Shown piece by piece: positions 50,117-62,522 of a stretch of DNA of 64,000 nucleotides. The stretch is from assembly GCA_040954595.2 (NCBI GenBank), contig CM082591.2, forward strand, positions 7,306,047 through 7,370,046, read 5' to 3'. The stretch's first letter is position 1. The number at the start of each line of letters is the position of its first letter. This DNA is from Balanoglossus misakiensis. Taxonomy: Eukaryota > Animalia > Hemichordata. A program made the translations under genes and the position numbers. The notes under the pieces are model-generated. The model was not told where the DNA came from. It ran no database searches and saw only the letters and a list, made by a program, of their open reading frames with translations.

Positions 50117-52261
50117 GCAGGATGCCTGCATAGAAACATCTTAGAGGTCAGAGGTCAAAGAGCACATTTCAGTGTTAACGTGCCCAAATCACTCCATGAG
50201 TTGACTTTGCATGATCATTCTTACCATAAAGCTGCAATGTGCTAGCTATTTCTTGAGATCGATTGGTATTAATTTGATAATTTTGTTTTATGTAAGCAGG
50301 GAAAAGGTTATCGAGAAGGTTATCGCCGGACAAGTCTCAACTCTCATGCAAGAGTACCCAAAACACAGCTGATTATTACAGGCCATTCTCCATGGCACCT
50401 CAGGTCACTGCTACATAGCAACACCCCTGCTCATTATTTCAGCCAATCAGTAGAACTGTAGATCGTGTTATATAATTGACCTCTATTAAGAGGTCATGAT
50501 CATGATCACATGGTGAGCAATGACCTGAGCTGCCGTGGTTAGAATCCTTTGACATGCAAGTAGCAAACTTTCAAAAATGGAGACCAAAATGCCAGACTGA
50601 GTGTGGAGTGACCATAACGAAAAAAAAACCCACACAAGTCTGGATTCTAGGCTAATTCCATACACATTTGTTGTGTCAATGAAACACATAGGCTGTGGGA
50701 ATCTCCTCAAATTGAGAAAACGTATAAAGAGGTTGTTTGTTATAGGTCATACAGGTCAACAAACTATTGTTGTGTAAATAAGTAGCTGGATGGCAACTTG
50801 TCAGAATCTGGTATGTACCGGTATATGTACCCTTCCAATAAACTGGAAGTAGGTGAAATTTGACAAGGAAATGGCTGTGGTTGAAACATTTGAAGCAGTA
50901 GCATGATTCACAAAAAAACAATCGACTCTTCAAATTAAATTACATAAGACTATGTTACAACATTTTCAGAAGTCAAAATTTTCAGTGTTCGATGTAGTCA
51001 GTGATTTGAGTAGCCAGTATTGATGTTTGGTCCACACTGAATTAGCTTTATTGTCTGGTCCCATGATGCTCATGTTTCAGGCAGGTATAATATTAAATGC
51101 ATGCAGAATGTGGAAGTTTTGCAGTTTGTCAGTCACGACTTGTATTTGTTCATTATAATCACACAATGCATGGCAGTGCATCATCCTTTAAGGAAAGCTT
51201 CTAAAGAAAAAAAATCCATGACATGTACTAGTTTTATTTGTCTGTACACCTTCTATTTATCTACATGAGCAGGTTTCATTTATTTTGTCGAAATTGAAAT
51301 ATCACATTCCATTGGTCCACTGATGTTTGTGTAAATAGTTGAGCCCTGCCAGTAGATATGGTGTTTGGTTAATGGTAATATTTCAAATCTTAGTGGTCCA
51401 GAAGAAGAGAGGATTTTGTATGGGTTAGTTATTGTGTCATTTCCTCTCACTGTTTGTGTAGCCATAGACCCTGGATCTCTGGTGTAGCCAAGCACTCTTG
51501 ACATATACATGTACTGTAAAGGGGGTTCAGACTAGACATTTGACAGCCATGTAGCACTGATGCTGGGCCTTGGCCGGCGTAAAATAACCAATGTTATTGT
51601 GCAAAATGTGAATTTAAGTCCAGACTAGAATTCATATGTCAACAATAACAATGGCCATTACTCGCATTCATGTATTACTGTACATGTACTGTAAAACAGG
51701 TAATTTTCGCGATGGGAAATTTTCACGATATTAAAAGATGCAACTGTTACGCGAGGATTAATTTTCACGTTCTCGAATTTCACTGCATCATTACCTCCAA
51801 AAGACATTTTACGTGACTTCTTATTTTCACATTTTTTGGGCTCCCGGGTATTTCGTGAAAATTTATTGCTCGCGAAAATAACCAATTTTACAAGTACGCT
51901 ATGTTGACAAGTAGACTAGTGGATGCTGTATGCTGTAATGTAAAGCAAGAAATTGGACTTTGTTACACAGAACAAAAATACTGAGACTATGAGTTCCAGC
52001 TATATGTCCCATTTTAGAAGTGCTGCCATAGTTGAACCAGGATATCGAATTTTAGTAGCCCAGGTAATAGCAATTGGGAAGTTGCACTTTGATATCGTGT
52101 TTACTTTAGTTTAGATCCCCAGGACGTAAAATGAAATACCGGTGTGTTTCCTGGTTGAATGTCAGTTGGGAGTTGTTCAATTCCTATTGTTCATTCAAAT
52201 TTGTGTGTGAATACCTACATGTAATTGTATACTAGTTCAATTGCTGACAAAAGGATGATAA

Positions 52262-52932
52262 CCCTAATGCTGCCTAGTTGGTTGAAACTAGTTTGATTTC
52301 CAGGGTGCCTAGAATCCTGGCACCCAGGCCTTAAAATATGTATGTGCCATTTTTTCTTTTTAAACGTATTTTGGCTGTCTTGGCATGGCTCTCATACGTA
52401 CTTAGACACACTTGGCAGTCTGAGCCCCCTGTAAAATGTACCAAATCGCACTGGTTTGCACTGTATTGGTCTGAGGGTCTTGTATAGGCCCTACTGATTA
52501 AAGGGACAAAGTCTCTCTCTCGATGCCTTTTTTCCGTTAATTATGTTTGATACAAGACACTGTTTATGTTATTCTACATGTGGATATATAGTGAATCAAT
52601 GTTCGACCACACACAACTTCCATCTCATTTGTTTGATCTGAGAGTAAAAATCTCGCCAAAATGAATAAATGGTAAACACCGATTATTCATTTTGGCGAGT
52701 TTTTCACTCTCGTGTCTACAAGTTGGATGGAAGTTGTGTGTGGTCGAACGTTGATTCACTATATATCCACATGTAGAATAACATAAACAGTGTCTTGTAT
52801 TAGACAAAATTAATTGAAAAAGGGCGACGAGAGAGAGACTTTGTCCCTTTAACACGCACTTGGCAGCCTAACAGGCCTGGGAGCCAGGATTCTAGGCACC
52901 CTGGAAATCAAACTAGTTTCAACCAACTTGGT
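52262..52932. mobile_element. rearranged piggyBac-like MITE B containing a nested family A palindromic MITE (52502-52848)
   Basis: ctactgaTTAA[agggac...gtccct]TTAAcacgcac versus the empty site ctactgaTTAAcacacac at ~20850. Confidence 0.9.
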
Positions 52933-54114
52933 TTTAACACAACGTGCATACAATGTAAGTTATGAATGTCAATATCTGTATTGGTCAAATGGCATTGACT
53001 GAATTATGCTGACTATAACCGTACCGTGTGATACTTCAAAATGATTAATTGTCATCTCTATGTCAGGGCACTATCAAAAGGAAATAATTTCTGAACAAAT
53101 GACCAAAACTACTCATATAGTGTTTGCTGTGTAACTTTGGCAAAGGAAAAATTTAGCCAGGCATTGTACGTTGTACTTGTACGGCAAAGCCCAAATACAG
53201 CATAAATTATATGTTTTCATGTGCTGAGACAGCTGTGTACCATTCCATGTCAGATAAACATGTCAGGCAGTGACCTTTGACATAACCTATGACCTCACGG
53301 CATTTGGCAAGTCTCGCAGTGATAAGTATATCAGCAGTTGTAGCGAGAAACTGCCAATGTTTGAACCAAATGTACTGGTCTTTGTACGTAAGTTACCATG
53401 CTTTGTGTTATGTAAAGAAGAAGGAGGTTGTTTACAATATTATGTCGTGTTTACAATATTGGAATATTAGCTTGAATTGTTCATGTCACACATTTGTACA
53501 AAGCATGGATTTTTGAGTACATGAACTGTTTAATTTAAGAGAGTACAGTAAGCATGGATGTAGTGGTACAAGTACATGTAGGTAGAAAAAATCTGACCAT
53601 GTCAAGAGCTAGTTTGTCTCTGTGTTATACATACTGTTTGAATAGGGCTGGCTGAGTGGCCCATGTAGAATTTTAAAATGAAGTAAGATATATGTTTAGG
53701 TGGCAGTATACAGTAAACCTGCAATTGTATAGAGCATTTCTGTTATACATGCCATTTTCTTATTTACAAGGTCCGTTTTATTGTTCAATACAAATAATTT
53801 GCATGGTTCATTAGAGTGCTTGGTTAACACACAGCAAAGAAACTTAGGGGTTCAGACTTGACAGTTAACAGCAGTGTAGCACCAGTGCTGGGCCTGGCCT
53901 GGCCTGGGCTGGTTTAAAATAGCCAATGTGGACATGCTGCGTCGGCCTAGGAGTGATATTTAGTTTGGTCTCGGTAGGAAGGGGGTTCAGGGCCAGCCTA
54001 GAATCGAGTATGAGAGAGTCCATGGTAAACCATGACTTGAAATGTAATTACCGTAGTCATAAGTGCACCCTTAGTACATACATGTATAGGTCATGTACTC
54101 ATATCCTGCATATA

Positions 54115-54390
54115 AATTACCCATTCTTGGAGTTCCTGCACACACATTCTAGGTTTTGCTGCACCCAATCATCTACATGTTCACACTCCCAATTTTAGAT
54201 GCAGACACATGCACATTCTAGGCGTTTGTACCCATTCTAAGTTCTGTACCCATTCTGGGAATTCTCGCACCTGCTCAAAGTACGTGTTGACACAGCCATT
54301 CTACGTGCTGACACAGACATACATGTACACACACACACACATTCTAGGGTTCAGTTACTCATAGTAGGTGTTCCTGTACCCATTCCAGTA
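54115..54390. repeat. degenerate minisatellite (cccattct / cacattctagg motif)
   Basis: About 9 recurrences of (c/a)cattct at irregular 20-60 bp spacing. Confidence 0.55.
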
Positions 54391-55119
54391 CACATCACAC
54401 ACATTACTGTGCATAGATGTACTTATCATAATCTGATGGGACATTGGTGACTACAATGTATGTACTGTACCTGTTCATGTATATTCTTTACTATCAATCA
54501 CGTGACCTGGCCATGTGACCCACGGCGTTGTCATTTTCAGGTGACGGGCAAGCAATATTTCAGCATCCAGTAAAAGTTTTTATGAGTATGTTTTCACTTT
54601 AGAACCACCAGACACGTTCCATGTATTGGGTATGGTGCCTCATCAGCCTAATGGCGTTTCGTCTGCACAGTCTTTGTCTGCACCATGTTGCTGAAGTTGC
54701 CTGTCATCTGGAAATTTGTATGCCAAGGGAACTGCGTCTGACGTCATTTGATATCGAAGAATTGTTACAGTGACTGTAAATAAGAAATCATGCTAAGTTG
54801 TGTGTTGCAATAAGTTTATTGTTTTTCTTCTATCTTTCCATAGATTATGAACGAACTCTCATGATGCTTGTGACTGATGTATACAACACCGATGTAATCC
54901 CCAGATGATTCCAATGTAGACAGTCTTCATCCAATAGACGCCATTTTTCCACTAAGAAACAACTCAGTAAGCCAAGGTTGGTTATTTACTTTGGTCAAAA
55001 AATACAATTGTGAAAAATTGCTTGTCCAGGTGTAAGGGGTGTTCCCACTATGCTCTATTGAAAGGATGACAAAAATGATCATTTGATCATGTTGGATCAA
55101 AAATCTTACTGGGGTAATA

Positions 55120-55673
55120 CAGTCAAACCTGTCCATAGTGGCCAATCAAGTGGCTTTCGTTAACTGGCCTTTATAGAAAGGTGGTCTTTATAGACAGGTC
55201 AATTAATGTACCGTAATCACTCTATCAGTTCAACCACTCCATTAATTCAACCACCCACTATTCTTTGGAAAATTAATTATTTTGTAACCTTCAATTGTTT
55301 GACCACTGATTAAATGCATGTGTTGATATTGTGTATTTTTCATGAAAATATCTGCAACTTCAACCTTCCAAGGTATTCAGAACTCACTGATTTTATTCTG
55401 GCTGACCTTAAACAGTTCAATTCTATCATAAATATCACCTAAACTACATGCTGATAGTGCACACAGTTCATGTCATGCAAACATGCAAACATGCCCCCTG
55501 AAAAATTATTCAAGCACTTTGAGTGGCCATTTTTTTATTGTTTGTCTTTTCACAAATCATATTTATTTTTTTCTGGTCGAACTGATAGAGTGATTACGGT
55601 ACATGTAAATTGCACAGGGACTGTAACAAAGTGACCACTATATAGAGGTGGCCACTAAACACAGGTTTGACTG
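55120..55673. mobile_element. pogo-like MITE (cagtcaaacctgt TIR) with nested TA-flanked element 55211-55599
   Basis: Inner TIR ccgtaatcactctatcagttc (21 bp perfect) with TA on both sides; the empty host site is visible in the inverted copy at ~18425-18552. Confidence 0.85.
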
Positions 55674-56173
55674 CTGGTAACCATTCTGGTCTTGGATTAC
55701 TTTGAATGCTTTGTCTATAAGGTTAAATTGGTTTAGAAGACAGCCTCACTCTTTGTTATACTCGATACAGCACAATTCACTCCACATATGCACTTGTCTG
55801 TAGCTCGTGCATATAGGTTTTGTATTGGGCAATGTCTTGTGGTATACCCGCCCTCAGCAGGGGTTATTGCTTAAAATGCACTGTAACTTGTGAAAATAGC
55901 AGTTCACATCTCAAATACCCCTTTTCACGTTCTCGTATTTCACTGCATCATTATCTCCAAAAAACATTGTTACACAACTTTTTATTTTCGCGTTTTGTTG
56001 GCTCTCGCGTATTTCATGAAAATTTATTGCCCGCGAAAATAACCCGTTTTACAGTACTTGAGACTAATTTCATCATTTTGATAAATTTTGAGACTGAGTT
56101 TGTCTAAATCTAGTAAATGCCAGCACACACTCTTTATGTCGTGACAGGCCCATGGTTTCCTAGCTGACCAATC

Positions 56174-59100
56174 ATGAGTGACCGACTGGAGTGTGGCATG
56201 CCAACGGGTCCAGGACCTCCGTCCGCCCTCGACCCCAGGTATCAGTCGCACCATCCTCCAGACAGCATCGAAGGTTACGATGTGGAGTTTGTGCCCCAGC
56301 TGGAGCAGAAATACGAATGTCCCATTTGTTTGATGGCTTTACGGGATCCCATGCAGACGGAATGTGGACATCGATTCTGTCAAGCGTGCATTTTCCGGTC
56401 TATAAGGTAAGTCTGCATGGGAGCGTACATGATACATGTAACTCCAGGCTTGAGTACCCTTTCATATTGTTAAATTCATATCTGAACCTTTAAACAGTAA
56501 AAGTTAAAGACGCACTATCTGCAACTTAGCACTCCATATATAGCACTCGCCTAAAAGGTCATACTATATTTCTCGAATTGTACCCAAATCTGGGGTTATT
56601 GCTTAAATAAATTATGATAGTACACATTTGTACACACAAAATTATGCACATGCACATAAGGCAATCATCGGCAGTTTTCCTGAGGAATCAATTTATACAA
56701 GTCTATACATGTCCTCTTCACCAGAGAATGACTGTATTTTTGTAACCATGGTAATTTTTTCCCCACCAGAGATGCTGGTCCAAAGTGTCCGATTGACAAC
56801 TCACCACTATCAAGGGAAAAGGTGTGTAATCAAATTTAGTTGTTTGTTTTTTCAATTGGCAGCATTAAATCTACATAATTATATGTATGATTATTTTTGA
56901 TGACAACCAAAAAATAAAACAATAGTATGTGCTTATCCAGAATAAAAGCTATTTTCACCTCAGCATTCAGTGAGGCCCTTTTTTCCCGACATTTTGATTT
57001 CATACATCCACACATACATTTTTACATTCTTATATTTTGATTTTGCTATCATTTGCAGGTCTTCCCAGATAATTTTGCAAAGCGAGAAATACTCAGCTTG
57101 ATCATACGTTGTCCCAACTCAGGATGTAATACAACTTTTGAACTTAGGAATTTAGAAGTAAGTTTCGCCACTGTGTAACTCTACAGACATATTGTCAATG
57201 TGATGTACTCGGGTCATTGTGAAAGAGGGAGTGCTCAAGGCAGAGTTAATAACACATGTCATGTTGGTGGTCAATTTGACTCTCTCATTCAAAATTTGGC
57301 ACGATATCTCAAAATTTTTATTCCTAAATTTGAAGCTACAACTGTAGAATAATCTAAAGTCGTCTTGAGCAAAAAATGAGAAAAAGTTAACGTCTGATTT
57401 TCGAGGGGCATACTTATTTCCTTTCAAATTAAATGTAAATCAGTGTTCTCCCCAGGATTTTGGGAAATCATGACGACTAATTTGCATAACAATATAACCT
57501 AGTGTTATGTTAATTTAGTTCTATTGTCTTATCACAATTAAAGAGTGGTGGCCACCATGTTTTAATTGCTCTGGGGAGAACACTGTAAATTCATTTCTCT
57601 TGATCGATAAATGTGTACAATTGTGCTTGACTTGTCTTTGTTTTGACATGCATTTTACTTGAATTGTATTATATTCTACAGCATCATCAATTGGAGTGTG
57701 AATTTTTACCAATACCCTGTCCTAATAACTGTGGTCTTACAGTTAAAAGACGTTCAATGGAGATACATTTACAAAATGAATGTCTCAAAAGATGTATACT
57801 TTGTCAACACTGCCATAGAGAATTTATCTATGATCAGGCCCAAGTAAGTATTTTATTGCCTTTTCTATATGTTAGCCCCATGTAAGTAATATTAAAGGTC
57901 TACAGTCACTTCCAATTTACATACGCCCATATATGGCTGAAATGGTGCATTTGAGCGTTCTAAAGAACATGGTGGCGCTCTTTTTTTTGCGTGTGCCACC
58001 CAGTGAAAATCTGTGATTGGCTAGATCTCAATTTGTCATGGTAACTATTGCTAATTTTCCATAGGTGACAATATACCTTTAAAGGGACATTAGCTGTAAC
58101 TTTTGGCTTTATTACCAGTATTTTTGTTCTGTGTATCAAATGCAATTTCTTGTTCCACTCCAAACAGTATGCTAATATACCCAGTACTCCACTTGTCAAC
58201 ATAGCCTGTATGTATGTATGTGTGTGTATGTGTGTTGGAAAGTTTTAACTGCAGATTTGTTGGAGCTGAGACGTTTTCAATTTGAGCTGATAGTGATACC
58301 TAATACAAATAATATGTATCGTCACAGACGAATTGTGTGCAAAATCTGCATCTTTTCAAATATTTCGGCTCAGTATTCTTTGAAATGCAAAGAAAATCAT
58401 AAAAAATGTTTTATTTTGAATATTACCGTTGTGTATTCTTATTTTCTAGGTTCACAAATCAAAATGCCCTGAATTACCAGTGTCATGTGATTATTGTGGA
58501 AAGGAACTGCCCAGACGAGAATTACCTCAACATATAGACAGCCAGTGTCTACATGCAGTTATACCCTGCACATACAGTCATGTTGGCTGCCATCAAAAGG
58601 TAGGACATCATACTACTGTAAAACCTGTCTAAACTGAACCCTGCCTAATCTAGAAACCTGTCTATACCAAACACATTTTTCTGTCCCTTGGACATAGAAG
58701 CACATGTTAAAAGAAAACTCTATAAACTGGACACCTCTGCAAGCTGAACAATTTCTTCAGTCCCTTTGGTGTTCGCGTTAGGCAGGTTTTACTGTGTATT
58801 TAAATAATAACACTTTAGCGAGGGCAATATCATGATTTGTTTTGCTATTACGGTATATTATATCAACTTCATTTTGTTACTTTCTTGACATTAAAATTTA
58901 ATAAGAATGGGCCATATTTAAGGAATGGTGTTTACTTGTATCAGTGGTTAAATGAAATAGGGCCCAGAACATGCATTTTAACACTTTCCAGAAATACTCG
59001 TGCACTCCGAATATGGAGACAACAATTAGTTCCATGTCACATTCGTGTCAAATGAATGTTATTTTTAAGTGACAGAAATGTTTTTCCTGATATCTAAATC

Positions 59101-60338
59101 TTGCCTTCTTTGTTGTTTGATTATGCATTCAACTTTTTATATTCATATTCTGGGGCAAATGTAACAATGCATTATGGTCTTTTTAACCATGGCTTGCATA
59201 AATTAAAACATGCTCTCAACCAATTACAACGATGTAGTTGTAGGGATGTGACACTTACAGAATATTAAAGATAAAGTTTCTTGTATGAACAGTTGTTTGA
59301 TACGATTTTGTGTATTGCACTTTGCAGATGAAAAGACAAGAGCTTGCTAGTCACTTACATGATTACATGGAGCAGCATTTGAAACTGGTGACGTATTTAG
59401 TGCAAGATCTCCGGCTCCAGATCGCGAGTGGAAACCATGAGAGACTAGAGTCAGGGACACAGCCTCGTTCCTGGCACCACACTGCGTCTCCACAAGTGAC
59501 AGCCAAGGTACAACCGCGGCCGAAACCGAGCCCCGTGTCACCAGCATTTAGGTCTTCTAGTGAGCCCAGCAGCGCTTACGAGAGCTACGAACCCTCGGGC
59601 GCTTACGCCATAGACGCCCCCCCGAGGAGTGACGGTTATCGCTCGGGCGACGGCCACCGTTCGGGAGACTACGCGCTGTATCAGCACACGGGTCCCCGGT
59701 CGTTTCCGCAGGAGAGTCGCGACCTCCCCGTGTTGCGCGAGAAGCTGCGATACCAAGAAGCGCAGACGGTCATCCAAGAGCAGAGACTGCGCGAGCTTCA
59801 AAGCAAACTGGAGAGTCGAGACCGGGAGATTCTGATGCTGAACTCCAAACTGCAAAGACTCGAGAGCGTGGTTAGCAACGGTGTGTTCTTTTGGAAGGTG
59901 GAATGCTACTCTGAAATACAGCGTACAACAAGCACGGGCGAGACCAACGTTATGCACAGCCCTGCGTTTTACACCGGTTATTACGGATACAAACTTTGTC
60001 TGAGGGTTAATTTGAACGGGGTGGAATCCAACCTCGGTTCCTATGTTTCCCTATTTGTCCACTTCATGCAAGGGGAATGGGACGACTTTTTAGAGTGGCC
60101 CTTTTCCGGGAAAATCACACTATCCATCCTGGATCAGAGCGATGACACCGAGGGCAGACAACACCTGAGCGAAACCCTGATCGCGAAACCGTCGCTGGCG
60201 GCATTTCAAAAACCGAAGTCCAATCGTAATCACAAGGGATTTGGCTACATGGAATTTGCACCACTCTCCCAGCTGCGAAACAGGACGTACATCAAAAACA
60301 ATTGCATTATTATCAAAGCAGCCGTCTACCCAAATTAA
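56174..60338 (+). CDS. TRAF6: TNF receptor-associated factor 6 (RING, TRAF zinc fingers, coiled coil, MATH/TRAF-C)
   Basis: Exons 56174-56406, 56770-56821, 57059-57157, 57682-57843, 58450-58599, 59328-60338 (1707 nt, ~568 aa). TRAF6-diagnostic [90 protein letters not shown]. Confidence 0.96.
57441..57585. mobile_element. hAT-like MITE (cagtgttctcccc TIR), 5-bp TSD
   Basis: taaat|cagtgttctcccc...ggggagaacactg|taaat. Confidence 0.8.
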
Positions 60339-61082
60339 AGTACAAAAAAGACCAATGGCTCTGAAAGAGGAAACATTACTAGAATATTTTGCAGCAACAA
60401 ATTATAATCCGTCAAATTATTTTTGCAATATCAACAGAGATGACTGTTTTGCGATGATTTTTTTTGCATTTTCTTATTTCACCAACTGCATTGTCAAAAT
60501 TATGTTCACGTTTTTTTTTTTTTTTTCTGGCTGTCATAAAATTTGTGAAAATGTATCGTTTCTGAAAATTTCCCGTTTTACAAAAAAACAAACATGAACC
60601 TAAGCAATGCGTAGTCTGTTGCCATTATGCGGTCTGAAGTTTTACTGAATGTCAAAATATTTTTGGGGGGTCCGGACACTCTTGTTTTTCATGAAAATGT
60701 TTATATAACCAACCATAGGGCTGTTACATTTGGTCTTATTGAATATGTACACAAATACAAAATTGTGAGCGAAGGTAACTTGACTTGAAAGTGACCGAGT
60801 AGGAAATATAGAAACTTATTATGTAATACCCATAGACTGGTTGCATCATTTTGACGTATCGTGACACAGGTACAATATATTGCCTAGTCTGAAATTTTAC
60901 GTTTGTTCATTTTTTGATATTATACATATTTAATCAACTGCTTAGAAATGGTACAACCAAATACAATGTATTTTGATTGTAGTTTTCTATCAAAATGTCC
61001 ACTTCTAATGGAACATTAAAGAAAAAAAAGTTAGCCATATGGCAGACATCATGTATGACATTTTAGTCAAAATGTGTGTTAA

Positions 61083-61430
61083 AGGGACAAAGTCTCTCTC
61101 TCGCTGCCCTTTTCCCATTAATTATGTTTGATACAAGACACTGTTTATGTTAATCGACATGTGGATATAAGGAATCAACGTTCAACCACACACAACTTCC
61201 ATCCCGCTTATAGACACAAGAGTGAAAATCTCCCCAAAATGAATAATCGATCTCTACCATTTATTCATTTTGGGCGAGTTTTTACTCTCATATTCTACAA
61301 ACGAGATGGAAGTTGTGTGTGGTCAAATGTTGATTCACTACATGTACACATGTATATTAACATAAACGGTGTCTTGTATGAAACATAATTAATGGAAAAG
61401 GGGCGGCGAGAGAGAGAGAGAGACTTTTTC
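61083..61430. mobile_element. palindromic MITE family A
   Basis: TTAA|agggacaaag...; right terminus decayed. Confidence 0.9.
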
Positions 61431-61509
61431 TTTTCAAGTCACAATACAGGTAGTTGTTTAACAATGTATTGTGAAGTTGTAACTTGTTGGTTGTCTTCAA
61501 GCTTATTAA

Positions 61510-61655
61510 AGTGAACCCATCGTCGCACCACGCTTGCGCACTGAGTCTGTTGATTGGGGCTGTCGTTGTGCGGGACTCGCTGGCAACGTGGGTAAAATCT
61601 ATTGATTAGCAACAGACTCAGTGCGCAAGCGCGGCGCGACGATGGGTTCTTCACT
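61510..61655. mobile_element. hairpin MITE with ~40-bp TIR, termini related to family E
   Basis: ttaa|agtgaacccatcgtcgcaccacgcttgcgcactgagtctgttg ... caacagactcagtgcgcaagcgcggcgcgacgatgggttcttcact|tgaa. Confidence 0.75.
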
Positions 61656-62132
61656 TGAAGCCAAAAATGCCAAGTTGTTTATTTTTGCAGTATGATTATA
61701 TGTTGCAAGAAGTACTTTGTATTTTCACATGACAGCATTTAACCAATCAGAGGCAAGCTTAGTGATTCGACTTTTTTTTCTGTTACGTGTAATTTCTACA
61801 TTTAACCCTTTCACCCCCAGTTCTGTCTTTAGAGGTCCGACCTTACCATAGTTAACAATGGGCTTGGACTGAACCATGGTGGTGAAAGGGTTAAACAACC
61901 AGACTAGAGTAACTTCTCTTTTTGTGTTTCGGAAACTCAACAAGCTGTAGGACATTCAAACAGTACTTGATAACTTTATTGATTGGCAAAAGATTGTTTT
62001 ATGCTTAGTTATCTCATCTCATCTCATCTCATCTCATCTACATCTTTGTGTAAATTTTATGTTACTTGCCAGAATAGAATAATAACATTATGTGAAATAA
62101 CTGTGTATGGTTATTTTGAATTTATTCCTTAG

Positions 62133-62295
62133 CAGTGTTGCCCTCTAAGCCAATATGACGCACCACTGACTCAACAAACTCACTGGTGACTCAAGAAAAT
62201 TGTCCACACTACATGAAAAAGTATAGGGCTGACTCAGAGAAATTTCTAGAAATACTCAAAGCTACTAATAATTACATTTGTTAGAGGGCACACTG
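62133..62295. mobile_element. hAT-like MITE (cagtgttgccctctaa TIR)
   Basis: Ends in ttagagggcacactg; internal part is shared with ~18560-18610; no clear TSD. Confidence 0.55.
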
Positions 62296-62522
62296 TAATC
62301 CTAAATGCTAAATTTAACTTCATGATAATGACTCTCTGGTTTTGATAAAGTACCATTCATAAGCAATACAGATTCAGTGACAGAAAATTAAATATTTGTG
62401 TGAAGAAACTAATTATTTCAGGGCAGCTTGCTGTTAGTCAGGGGAAAGGTCTCTCAAATTCTAATCCTTTGGAAAGATTCTTTGAAGTCAGTTGAGTTGT
62501 ACTCCTGGTGTATTTCCATTAA

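Noticed and set aside
59347-59957. antisense and alternative-frame ORFs over TRAF6 exon 6 (likewise over the SCYL2 last exon)
   Set aside because: Shadow ORFs of GC-rich coding sequence with no recognisable protein features.
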